From IMG/VR virus record IMGVR_UViG_3300022664_000125, positions 1,362 through 65,361 of that record: a DNA stretch of 64,000 nt. One strand, 5' to 3'. The stretch comes from a virus. A program made the position numbers and the translations under genes. Positions within the stretch are counted from its first letter, which is position 1. Every line of letters begins with the position of its first letter. The notes below the pieces were generated by a model, which saw only the letters and a list, made by a program, of their open reading frames with translations, had not been told where the DNA came from and did not search any database. This document shows positions 1-8,239 of this stretch, in pieces.

Positions 1-193
1 ATACAAAGAACTAATGGCAAAAGTTGGTTTACCGAACAGCAGTAGTTTGCTCCAGGCTCTCCAGCAATGCGCGATGGAATCTGCATTGGATGAGCGTAAT
101 AAACTTATGACGAAATACAATCAGTTGTATGCAGACGGTAAAACACCGACAGCGGGTGATGTTGCGAAAGTTTTTGCTGACTTAAACTGGTGA
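1..193 (+). CDS. Hypothetical cassette protein, copy 1 (5' end cut by the window edge)
   Basis: Identical to bases 301-493 of ORF 287..493; TGA at 191-193. Confidence 0.7.
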   Translation, partial: YKELMAKVGLPNSSSLLQALQQCAMESALDERNKLMTKYNQLYADGKTPTAGDVAKVFADLNW

Positions 194-201
194 TGTCATA
201 T

Positions 202-261
202 GCCCAACGAAAAGCTAAGCCGGACACGGAACGCGGATCGGCTTGAGCGACATTGTTAGGC
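202..261. mobile_element. attC: Integron attC site (60 bp)
   Basis: GCCCAAC-gaaaa-GCTAAGCCG...CGGCTT(G)AGC-gacatt-GTTAGGC: RYYYAAC and GTTRRRY core boxes, inner inverted L boxes with one extrahelical base, located right after a stop codon. Confidence 0.85.
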
Positions 262-286
262 GTTCCGTAACCGAAGGAGAAAGAAG

Positions 287-493
287 ATGAACGACGAACG
301 ATACAAAGAACTAATGGCAAAAGTTGGTTTACCGAACAGCAGTAGTTTGCTCCAGGCTCTCCAGCAATGCGCGATGGAATCTGCATTGGATGAGCGTAAT
401 AAACTTATGACGAAATACAATCAGTTGTATGCAGACGGTAAAACACCGACAGCGGGTGATGTTGCGAAAGTTTTTGCTGACTTAAACTGGTGA
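287..493 (+). CDS. Hypothetical cassette protein, 68 aa (copy 2)
   Basis: AAGGAG RBS; single ORF between two attC sites. Confidence 0.8.
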   Translation: MNDERYKELMAKVGLPNSSSLLQALQQCAMESALDERNKLMTKYNQLYADGKTPTAGDVAKVFADLNW

Positions 494-501
494 TGTCATA
501 C

Positions 502-557
502 GCCCAACGAAAAAATCACCCGGAGCGTAAGCGATCGGGTGCATTGCCTAGTTATTT
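502..557. mobile_element. attC: Integron attC site (56 bp)
   Basis: GCCCAAC-gaaaa-AATCACCCG...CGGGTG(C)ATT-gccta-GTTATTT; same architecture as 202-261 with a different inner sequence. Confidence 0.8.
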
Positions 558-569
558 TGGAGATATTAA

Positions 570-770
570 ATGAAAAAAATATTTGTAAAGTGTCATGCTA
601 TGGATTGTTACCACCATAGCCACACGGACAAAAGTTGCTGTATATCAGACAATACCTTTATTGACATTAGCCATAAAGGAAATTGCATTGATTATACACC
701 GATGACCGAAGAAGACCTAAATGAAATAGGCGTTTGGAAGGCTGCGCGGAAGGCTAGAATTAAAAAATAA
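570..770 (+). CDS. Cys/His-rich hypothetical cassette protein, 66 aa
   Basis: GGAG RBS; flanked by GTTATTTT (551-558) and its exact complement AAAATAAC (764-771), which overlaps the stop codon. Confidence 0.75.
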   Translation: MKKIFVKCHAMDCYHHSHTDKSCCISDNTFIDISHKGNCIDYTPMTEEDLNEIGVWKAARKARIKK

Positions 771-977
771 CAATTTCGCCACGTAACCGGTAATGAATGA
801 TGGGCGCAATGAAGGATAAAGGTTCCGCTAAAAAGGAGACTAAAATGAAAAAACATGAATGCAAAAGGTTCAAGACTGCTGCTGATGCTGCTAATGCTGA
901 CGAAAGAAGAAAAATGAAAGCTAAGATTTTAAAGTATGGGATCGGATTGTTGGAACAGTCCTGAAAGGAGAAATAAA

Positions 978-1184
978 ATGATTGAAGGAATTGCGAGAGA
1001 GAAGGGGAATATAATGAAAGATATAAAAGATGCAGATTTTAAAGAATTCCCAGAACAGAAAGAATTTATTATAATAACTAACAAAAGACGTTACTATGCA
1101 AATACATTAGATGATGTAATGTGGTTATGGCATAATAACGTAACAGCTAATGAAGATGTTTTATCAGTAACAACAGTAGGTTAA
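978..1184 (+). CDS. Hypothetical protein
   Basis: AAGGAG RBS before ATG 978, within ORF 936..1184. Confidence 0.6.
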   Translation: MIEGIAREKGNIMKDIKDADFKEFPEQKEFIIITNKRRYYANTLDDVMWLWHNNVTANEDVLSVTTVG

Positions 1185-1190
1185 GAACAT

Positions 1191-1422
1191 GGCCGTGTGG
1201 CGGAAGAGTATAAACGCTATTTATATGGTGATAGGAGTACGAGAGTGTTCTCAAGCCTGGTAACAGGACTGTTCAGTGGGAGAATGCTAGTCCGACAAGG
1301 CGGACATATAGCTAACGTCGCTCGTTCGAATCTTCTTGATTTCCGGTATGACTGTTTGAAAGAAAACAGTCGATGATTAAGAAGAGAAACTCTATTGCAG
1401 GTATCAAATCCTGCCACGGCTA
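1191..1422 (+). ncRNA. tRNA-like RNA with a large structured internal insertion
   Basis: Acceptor stem GGCCGTG/CACGGCT, D-arm TGGCG-GAAGAGTATAAA-CGC, T-arm GCAGG-TATCAAAT-CCTGC; about 180 nt of hairpins in place of the anticodon and variable arms; fills the gap between two ORFs. Confidence 0.7.
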
Positions 1423-1440
1423 GTTTGAAAGGAGAAAGTT

Positions 1441-1641
1441 ATGAGGCATACAGAAGTTTACAGTGCAGTTGAAATAAGACAATGGGCAACAGACGAAGAA
1501 TATAAACCAGGAAAATGGGCACCAGCTAGACCTTTGTCGTATTCATTTCAAGTCCCGCTGCTATGGAGAAGCATTAAAATCGCTTTTAAAGTTTTGATCG
1601 GAAAATATGACGCTTTGAATTGGGAGGGAGATAGATCATGA
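1441..1641 (+). CDS. Hypothetical phage protein
   Basis: AAGGAG RBS; 66-aa ORF. Confidence 0.7.
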   Translation: MRHTEVYSAVEIRQWATDEEYKPGKWAPARPLSYSFQVPLLWRSIKIAFKVLIGKYDALNWEGDRS

Positions 1642-1675
1642 CTTGGCAACAGTTTTATGGATGGGAGGGTGAGAA

Positions 1676-1933
1676 ATGACAAAAGAAGACAAGATGTTGA
1701 TTGTTGATTATATGGGCTGGAGTAAGTATCCACCTTCAAGTCAATTCAAGTTTGATGCAAATGTGGCCTCCCTCTGTGTTCAGGAAATGCAGAAGCGGGG
1801 AGATTGGCAGGACTTTGTGCAAATAACTTCTAAGATTCATAAATTAGGATTCCATAGTGAAGTGATTGCTTGGCTATTCAACGCCGAGAACTTTTTCGCG
1901 GCTATGAGTGAATGGCTGAAGGAGGGGAAATGA
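1676..1933 (+). CDS. Hypothetical protein ending AWLFNAENFFAAMSEWLKEGK
   Basis: GGAGG RBS; its 3' end recurs at 2559-2627 and 3010-3042. Confidence 0.7.
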   Translation: MTKEDKMLIVDYMGWSKYPPSSQFKFDANVASLCVQEMQKRGDWQDFVQITSKIHKLGFHSEVIAWLFNAENFFAAMSEWLKEGK

Positions 1934-2130
1934 GAGAATTTTTGCCGGGAATGGGGACACTATATTACTCAAAACAAAAAAACTGCACTTGGAAAGAAGA
2001 CGAAGACGGAAACTGGCAAACGAAGTGCGGGAAGGCCTTTGTCACTAATTACGGTGGCCCGAAAGAGAATAAGTTTAAATTCTGTTGTTTTTGCGGAAAT
2101 AAATTAAGACGGGTTGAATATAAGGAGTAA
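1930..2130 (+). CDS. Small zinc-ribbon-type phage protein
   Basis: CTW...WQTKCG...FKFCCFCG motif; ATGA overlap with the upstream stop. Confidence 0.7.
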   Translation: MREFLPGMGTLYYSKQKNCTWKEDEDGNWQTKCGKAFVTNYGGPKENKFKFCCFCGNKLRRVEYKE

Positions 2131-2242
2131 AGAAAATGAAAAGACGACTATTTAAGAAACGAATGAAAAAAGCATGCCTTGCCAGCCCTAACCTGGTTTA
2201 TTGGAAGAGTATGTATAATTTTATTTTTAAAACAAGGAGGCG

Positions 2243-2464
2243 ATGAAAATGGAAACAAAGCGGAAAAATTTAGAAACAGAAATGGATAAAATAGAGGTTT
2301 CGCCGGAAGTGTTGGCAGCAATGAATGAATTAGCATACACTGCTTCAGAAACAGAAATAATTCCATTTAGCTTTCACGACGACTATGATTTGGCAGCGAT
2401 GGTGAAGCTGGTGCACATCGCAGAGAAATATCGTAACGGTGTCCCAGCTAGCTTGCGCATGTAA
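2243..2464 (+). CDS. Hypothetical protein
   Basis: AGGAGG RBS; 73-aa ORF. Confidence 0.65.
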   Translation: MKMETKRKNLETEMDKIEVSPEVLAAMNELAYTASETEIIPFSFHDDYDLAAMVKLVHIAEKYRNGVPASLRM

Positions 2465-2623
2465 TCAGAACGCTTTCTGGGCTGGGCCAGCCAGGATCAA
2501 ATGGGATACACCATCGCCGGGCGCAGCCTTAGCCGGACGCCACTAAAGGATTATAGCAGCTTGGCTATTCAACGCCGAGAACTTTTTTAATGCCATGTCA
2601 GAATGGCTGAAGGAGAGAGGGAA

Positions 2624-3013
2624 ATGACAATGACAATAGAAGAATTGAAGGAAGAAAACAAGCGACTTGAAGCGTGGATTGATGATCTTCAATCTGGAAT
2701 GTATATTAACTGTGTGTATTGTGGCCATAGGTATGGACCAAATGTAGAGCCAGCAACAAAGACCGAGTGGTTTACAATGCGTAAGGCGCTAGAAGGCCAC
2801 ATAGCACAATGCCCCAAACATCCATTAAGCTTTGCAAATAAGAAAATTGAAAGATTACGCAGCGCCATAGTTAGATTGGCCGGAGCATCCGATAAACAAT
2901 CTTTAGAGAAAATGAGGTTGTTATTAAGGACAGCCCCGTTACCAGATACAGAACGAGAATCACTGATTAATGCAATAGATGTTTTGCTTGAGGATGCCGT
3001 TTTTGCCCCATGA
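2624..3013 (+). CDS. Hypothetical protein with coiled coil and CxxC...HxxxC zinc finger
   Basis: CVYCGH...HIAQCPKHP; RBS lies in the junction repeat. Confidence 0.7.
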   Translation: MTMTIEELKEENKRLEAWIDDLQSGMYINCVYCGHRYGPNVEPATKTEWFTMRKALEGHIAQCPKHPLSFANKKIERLRSAIVRLAGASDKQSLEKMRLLLRTAPLPDTERESLINAIDVLLEDAVFAP

Positions 3014-3038
3014 GCCAATGGCTGAAGGAGGGAGGGAA

Positions 3039-3233
3039 ATGATTTGTCCTAATTGCGGAAGCTGTGTTGAACTGCATACAGCATCATCTAATTGTCATAA
3101 TTGCGGTAGAATTAGCGGGTCAGGTGTTATAATAAGTGACACAAAATCCGCAATAATATACGAATATCAAGTTTGGGATATTAAACCAAGAAGTACATTC
3201 ATATCAGGGAAAGGGAAATGTATAAAAAATTAA
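3039..3233 (+). CDS. Small zinc-ribbon protein
   Basis: CPNC...CHNC; RBS lies in the junction repeat. Confidence 0.6.
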   Translation: MICPNCGSCVELHTASSNCHNCGRISGSGVIISDTKSAIIYEYQVWDIKPRSTFISGKGKCIKN

Positions 3234-3403
3234 TTGAAACTAAAGTAATAAAAATACAGCATCAAGTTTCGTTTTGTATCAACACTACCGCATATTCTAT
3301 TTTAGAAGATTTGAAAAAGGTTCCAACAAAAGCAAAACTTACAGAGGTGGATGAAGAATCAAACACACTTACGTTTGAAGAAGAAATTAAGGAGAGGAAG
3401 TAA
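3218..3403 (+). CDS. Hypothetical protein
   Basis: 61-aa ORF tightly packed with its neighbours. Confidence 0.55.
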   Translation: MYKKLIETKVIKIQHQVSFCINTTAYSILEDLKKVPTKAKLTEVDEESNTLTFEEEIKERK

Positions 3404-3588
3404 TGATAATTGTTGAAGTGAAAAATGAAATACTTGGAAATCATATTTTCTGGGCAGGTGACGAAAACAATATATCAGAAATCAGGAATATTATAGCAAA
3501 AAATTTGGCTGTTTTGGTTTCTAAAGACGGGAAATCGCGCTCTTCTGGTATGTGGTTTGTTAGAGCTGAAGGAGAGAGCAAGAAATGA
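3403..3588 (+). CDS. Hypothetical protein
   Basis: TAATG stop/start overlap; AGGAG RBS. Confidence 0.6.
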   Translation: MIIVEVKNEILGNHIFWAGDENNISEIRNIIAKNLAVLVSKDGKSRSSGMWFVRAEGESKK

Positions 3589-3735
3589 ATAGTAACTTGG
3601 GTTTTTGGGTCATATTTCCCAACGGAGAGTGGATGTGGTTTACTATTCCGTCTCGTAGTACAAATAAATACTCAATAATTATATCCACCTGTTGAAAGTA
3701 AGGGAGAAATAAAGAAAGTAAGGGAGAAATAAATA

Positions 3736-3918
3736 ATGCCACATTTTAGTTCATGTTGTCCTGGAGCAGATGAATATATCTGTCAAGTTTGTGGAAAAAT
3801 TAAATGTAGTGGATGTCAGCCACCAGAATGGCGATCAGACATTACCGGACACAAATCAGCTGGAAATGTCTGTAAACCGTGCCTTGAAACATTCGAGAAA
3901 AATCATGTCAAAAAATAA
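3736..3918 (+). CDS. Small Cys-rich protein
   Basis: Three CxxC pairs; GGAG RBS. Confidence 0.6.
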   Translation: MPHFSSCCPGADEYICQVCGKIKCSGCQPPEWRSDITGHKSAGNVCKPCLETFEKNHVKK

Positions 3919-4159
3919 CAACTCTGACAAAACATATAGTAAATTCATGTTAGATCATGAAAATTCTAAATAGAGAGAATTTGCAGAATCATGTTTCCTA
4001 CATGGAATATTATTAAACTTATCTATCGAAGATATTTCAGAATATGTTTTTGAAACATTTCATTCAATGAGTTTAGAAGAAATTAATTCATTTTTTGATA
4101 ATTCAGAAGAATTGAGAGGAGATATAATATTATATTTTGATAATAAATAATTTTTAATA

Positions 4160-4189
4160 TCGGCAAGATCTAGTTAAAGATCTTGCCGA
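4160..4189. repeat. CGGCAAGATCT palindromic hairpin, copy 1
   Basis: TCGGCAAGATCT-agttaa-AGATCTTGCCGA followed by a T-run. Confidence 0.9.
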
Positions 4190-4210
4190 ATTTTTATTAT
4201 TCACATAAAA

Positions 4211-4220
4211 TATATAGAAA
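4211..4220 (+). promoter_or_regulatory. Candidate phage promoter motif TATATAGAAA
   Basis: Also found upstream of gene starts at 6289, 16894 and 55765 (+), 59119 (-), with one-mismatch variants at 30812 and 55725 (-). Confidence 0.5.
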
Positions 4221-4311
4221 TTATATAATTAATAAATTAAATAAAAGAACCTTTAGAGCATTCGTTCTAGAGGCTCTTTTTAACTCAAAAAAGAAAGGAG
4301 GAAAGGAAATA

Positions 4312-4617
4312 ATGAGAACAAGATTATGGATATCAGAACCTGATAAAGTTCATGGAAATTATGGAGTACAATTTTACTCTGAAGATAAAGATCTTTGGAG
4401 GAAAGCTTATGTTCTCCTTCGAAAAACATTTTTCCTCAACGCATCAAGAGACATTTCATTTCGTCCTTTTGAACAAGGAAAAACAAATGGAGAATGGTAC
4501 TATATTGAGTTTTTCACTCATCCAGATTTAATCTATGAAATTATGGCAATTGTGGAAAATGAAATATGTCCAGAACTAGGTATTAAACTTGAAATTGGAG
4601 AAATAACAAATGAATAA
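4312..4617 (+). CDS. Hypothetical protein
   Basis: AGGAGG RBS before ATG 4312. Confidence 0.7.
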   Translation: MRTRLWISEPDKVHGNYGVQFYSEDKDLWRKAYVLLRKTFFLNASRDISFRPFEQGKTNGEWYYIEFFTHPDLIYEIMAIVENEICPELGIKLEIGEITNE

Positions 4618-4732
4618 ACTTATCAAATGGTTATATTCTAGAAAACCAGATATCATCTACAGTGGGTGCTGTGGAATCTGGGATACAACGGCTTGCATCA
4701 ATTAGATTCGATAGAAAGGAGGAAATGAAAAA

Positions 4733-4921
4733 TTGAAGAATTATTATCTCGTGTCAAATCAAGATTATGTATGTGACTTCTGCTACAAAGATGTAGTAGA
4801 AGTAGGGTGCATTAAGATAATCCATGAAAGTGGAGAAATCGTAATGTGTAAAACTTGTGTGAAAGAATTATACCAAATCAGCAAATTAATCAAAAAAAAG
4901 AAAGGAGGAAACAAGAAATGA
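4733..4921 (+). CDS. Small zinc-finger protein
   Basis: CDFC...CKTC; AGGAGG upstream. Confidence 0.55.
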   Translation: MKNYYLVSNQDYVCDFCYKDVVEVGCIKIIHESGEIVMCKTCVKELYQISKLIKKKKGGNKK

Positions 4922-5289
4922 AACACACCCATCACTCGCGTCAGCGAGTGAAAGAACGTGTCGGATCAGGTTTTAAACTGATCCGACACAAATTAGCTCG
5001 AAAAGATTACATCGGCTTGCCAAGACAGTCTCTTAATAAAAGAGTTAGCTTAGTTAAGCTAACTGAAGAGCAAGCGACGATAGTAATATGGTCAAAAAAC
5101 GCAAATAAAATTATAACAGTGTTAACACCAGATCAGTATATGAAAAAATTTGGTAACACTGTTTCGGAAAAAGCTTTCAACGAATTATTAAAATATTGCT
5201 CAAAAGAAGGAGCAGAAAAGGAGATTGATTGTGAAGAAAATAATGATATTAATAATTATGTTAATAATGATTGTATCGACAACAGTTGA
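4918..5289 (+). CDS. Hypothetical protein, possibly DUF4258/RelE-like fold
   Basis: N-terminal THHSRQRVKER and a later KIITVL strand resemble the HAxxRxxER family; AGGAGG RBS. Confidence 0.5.
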   Translation: MKHTHHSRQRVKERVGSGFKLIRHKLARKDYIGLPRQSLNKRVSLVKLTEEQATIVIWSKNANKIITVLTPDQYMKKFGNTVSEKAFNELLKYCSKEGAEKEIDCEENNDINNYVNNDCIDNS

Positions 5290-6241
5290 TGCGGTCGTTA
5301 TTACGGGAAGTGGCCGAACGAAAGAAGATGCTATTAATAATTGTTTAAGAGAAGCTGTGGAGATGTACACTGGAAGTTTAGTGTATGCGGTAACAAACGT
5401 TGAAAACTATCAACTTCAGAAAGATCAGATAGTAGCGACATCGCTTGGTCACATAAAAAGCTATAGAATCGTTAACATGTCAAATATTGACAATTCTATA
5501 CTAGTGACTATTGATGTCAAACTAGCTGAAGAAAAAATTGAAGAGATCGTAAGAGAGAATGTCAAAATTGTAACGATTGATGATGTTCTTAAAGATTATA
5601 ATAATGTTTATAAGCGGCAAGAGCAGATGAAGAAACTTCTTCAGATGTTGCAAATCTTGTCGGAACGGCCAATCTCTGAAAAATACTATGTTAACTATGT
5701 TGGTTATGAGATTGTAAGAATCTCTCCAACAACAGTCGACACAGTATTATATATGAAGCTCTGTGCGAACCCATTCTTCATGAGAACGTATAGAGAAGTC
5801 ATCAAGAATCTGTCGGAAGAGAAGTCGACAGTTGATAATTTTGGAGTCGGAACTAACTACCGAATTGAATTCGGCAAGTTAGTCAACGACATGTACTTTA
5901 TATCGTCAGATCCCCAGATCATTGATGATATAAAAGTATATATCACTGTCGATGATAAAAAAGTTGACAGCAAATATTATCAACTCCGAGACAATCTCTT
6001 GGTAAAGTTTAGTACAATTGAGATCGTTAAAATCTTCGCTAAATGCTTTCCCAAGCACTTCAAGGAAGCATATAATGGAGAGGAAGTAAATATTGATAAG
6101 AAGTGGAATAATTTTGCGATTAAGAAATCGCGAATTATTCCAGAAGACGGTCTGCCACTTAAGATCAGATATAAAGTGACAGCAGAACAAGTTAAAACTC
6201 TTGCGAACCTAAAATTAGGTTTGCAAGTGAAACAGCGTTAA
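5225..6241 (+). CDS. Predicted exported protein with an LPP20/FlgT-N-like domain
   Basis: KK plus hydrophobic signal peptide ending VDA; GSGRTKEDAINNCLREAVEMYTG motif. Confidence 0.6.
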   Translation: MIVKKIMILIIMLIMIVSTTVDAVVITGSGRTKEDAINNCLREAVEMYTGSLVYAVTNVENYQLQKDQIVATSLGHIKSYRIVNMSNIDNSILVTIDVKLAEEKIEEIVRENVKIVTIDDVLKDYNNVYKRQEQMKKLLQMLQILSERPISEKYYVNYVGYEIVRISPTTVDTVLYMKLCANPFFMRTYREVIKNLSEEKSTVDNFGVGTNYRIEFGKLVNDMYFISSDPQIIDDIKVYITVDDKKVDSKYYQLRDNLLVKFSTIEIVKIFAKCFPKHFKEAYNGEEVNIDKKWNNFAIKKSRIIPEDGLPLKIRYKVTAEQVKTLANLKLGLQVKQR

Positions 6242-6246
6242 AAATA

Positions 6247-6281
6247 TGGCCAGAGGATTAATTCCTCTGGCCAATTTTTTT
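6247..6281 (+). terminator. Intrinsic terminator
   Basis: TGGCCAGAGGA-ttaat-TCCTCTGGCCA then a T-run, directly after the stop codon. Confidence 0.8.
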
Positions 6282-6335
6282 CAAAACTTATATAGAAACA
6301 ACTCATTTATAAATTCAATTCAATAGGAGATCATT

Positions 6336-8150
6336 ATGTCAAGTATTATTGAAGATAGAGCTAAAGTTAAACAAGTTATAAATATTCTAATTCAGAAAAC
6401 TAAGAATAAAAATATATACGGATTAGTATCATCATTATCAAGTAAACTAAATAAAAAATATCAACCAGTTATTCAAACAATCGTTAAAGTTACAGATTAT
6501 TTACCAGTAACTACTCATATTAAAGAACGTATTTATCATATTATGAATGATTTGTATGAATTACCAGTTTGTCAAAATTGTAAAATTAATCATCCAAAAT
6601 TTGTAGATTTGAATCTAGGTTATAGAGAATATTGCTCATATGAATGCTCTCGTAAAGTAATGGGTGAAAAGCTTGGACAATATTCTAAAGATCATAGTAA
6701 AGAATTGCTAGAGAAACGTACTAAAACAAATTTAGCAAAATATGGTGTTAAAAATGTATCAAATATACCAGAAGTGAATCAAGCGAAGAGTGATGCTTGG
6801 AAAAACAAATCTCAAGAAGAAGTTAAACAAATTGTTGGGATGCGGCAAGAAACTCTAATGGAACATTTTGGTGTAACTGTTCCGAGTAAAAGTGATGTAA
6901 TTAAAGATAAAATAAAACAAACTAATATTGAAAGATATGGGGTAACAACCACTCTCAATACTGAATCTTGCCGACAAAAAACGACAAATGCAATAATTAC
7001 AAAAATGCCAGAAATTATGGAAAAACGTAAAGAAACAAATTTAAAGAAATATGGAACAGAACATGTCTTTCAATCAGATCAATTTCTACAAAATAAGAAA
7101 AAAGAGTTTTTCAATACACTGTTAAACAGTAGTCGATTGAAAAAGCATTATATTCCAAATTTTGAGATTCAAGAATATAATGGTGTGCAGGAATATTATG
7201 AATGGAAATGTCTAAAATGTGGTACAATTTTTCAATATAAGATTAACAATGGTCAAATCCCACGATGTCCAACGTGTTATCCTGTTCAATATTTATCAAA
7301 AAGTGGGCAAATTCCTTTACTCAAGTTTTGTAGATCTTATTTTGATAAAATTTATGAGAATTCAAGAAGTTTAATTCCACCATATGAGATCGATATCTAC
7401 ATTCCAGATATTAAATTGGGAATTGAATTTCATGGATTGTATTGGTATTCAGATCTTGCCGGTAATAAATCATCAGAATACCATCAAAACAAATTACTTT
7501 TAGCACTTCAAAATAATATTCAATTAGTTCAAATTTTTGAAGATGAATGGAGAGATCAATCTGATATAATCAAAAGTATCTTATTAAATAAATTTAATGA
7601 AAATCAAAATAAGATCTTTGCAAGAAAATGTCAGATATATTCAGTTCCAGTGGAAGATGCTAAACAATTCTACTTTGATAATCATCTTCAAGGATTTATT
7701 AATGGTCAACATTTGGGTCTATATTATAATAATGAATTCGTATCGATGATGACAGTTGGTCGACCTAGGTTTAATAGTAACTATGAGATCGAAATATATA
7801 GATTTTGTAATAAATTAAATACTAGTGTTGTTGGAGGATTATCAAGATTACTAAATGCTTTTACCAAAATATTGAATCCAAGATCTATTATAACTTATGC
7901 AGATGCGAGATATGGAATAGGAGATGGTTATTATAAATGTGGATTTAAATTTGTTGGGACAACTGAGCCAGGATATTATTATATGAAATATTACAATCAA
8001 AGAAAATCAAGAAATCAATTTCAGAAACATTTATTACAAAATAAATTGACGTCGTTTGATGAAAAATTAACGGAGTGGGAAAATATGCAATTAAATGGTT
8101 ATGATAGAATATGGGACTGTGGTAATTTCATTTATGAATTAAGATATTAA
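6336..8150 (+). CDS. Putative free-standing homing endonuclease (PD-(D/E)XK/Vsr-like) with zinc ribbons and KYG repeats
   Basis: EIDIYIPDIKLGIEFHGLYW core, QIFEDEW, CxxC pairs, repeated TNLxKYG, C-terminal IFARKC...RIWDCG domain. Confidence 0.75.
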   Translation: MSSIIEDRAKVKQVINILIQKTKNKNIYGLVSSLSSKLNKKYQPVIQTIVKVTDYLPVTTHIKERIYHIMNDLYELPVCQNCKINHPKFVDLNLGYREYCSYECSRKVMGEKLGQYSKDHSKELLEKRTKTNLAKYGVKNVSNIPEVNQAKSDAWKNKSQEEVKQIVGMRQETLMEHFGVTVPSKSDVIKDKIKQTNIERYGVTTTLNTESCRQKTTNAIITKMPEIMEKRKETNLKKYGTEHVFQSDQFLQNKKKEFFNTLLNSSRLKKHYIPNFEIQEYNGVQEYYEWKCLKCGTIFQYKINNGQIPRCPTCYPVQYLSKSGQIPLLKFCRSYFDKIYENSRSLIPPYEIDIYIPDIKLGIEFHGLYWYSDLAGNKSSEYHQNKLLLALQNNIQLVQIFEDEWRDQSDIIKSILLNKFNENQNKIFARKCQIYSVPVEDAKQFYFDNHLQGFINGQHLGLYYNNEFVSMMTVGRPRFNSNYEIEIYRFCNKLNTSVVGGLSRLLNAFTKILNPRSIITYADARYGIGDGYYKCGFKFVGTTEPGYYYMKYYNQRKSRNQFQKHLLQNKLTSFDEKLTEWENMQLNGYDRIWDCGNFIYELRY

Positions 8151-8157
8151 TTTATAC

Positions 8158-8185
8158 CGGCAAGATCTAGTTAAAGATCTTGCCG
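8158..8185. repeat. CGGCAAGATCT hairpin, copy 2
   Basis: CGGCAAGATCT-agttaa-AGATCTTGCCG just after stop 8150, followed by a T-run. Confidence 0.9.
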
Positions 8186-8202
8186 AATTTTTATTTTTTG
8201 TT

Positions 8203-8239
8203 AAAAACTCCCCCTCTATCAAAAAGATAGAGGGGGAGT
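8203..8239 (-). terminator. Intrinsic terminator of the tail tube transcript
   Basis: ACTCCCCCTCTATC-5nt-GATAGAGGGGGAGT followed by Ts on the - strand. Confidence 0.75.

Larger units (their letters stand above)
1..507. repeat. Tandem direct repeat with a 300-bp period (duplicated gene cassette)
   Basis: 1-213 matches 301-513 with one mismatch (T201/C501); similarity stops just inside the attC sites. Confidence 0.95.

Noticed and set aside
1..557. CRISPR array
   Set aside because: The repeat unit is 300 bp and contains an ORF; there is no short repeat-spacer periodicity here or near the Cas4-like gene
1191..1422. tmRNA or canonical tRNA
   Set aside because: No G3.U70 pair, no evident tag reading frame, no 7-nt anticodon loop and no group I core motifs
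3694..3733. 20-bp tandem duplication GAAAGTAAGGGAGAAATAAA
   Set aside because: Only two copies over an RBS; most simply replication slippage
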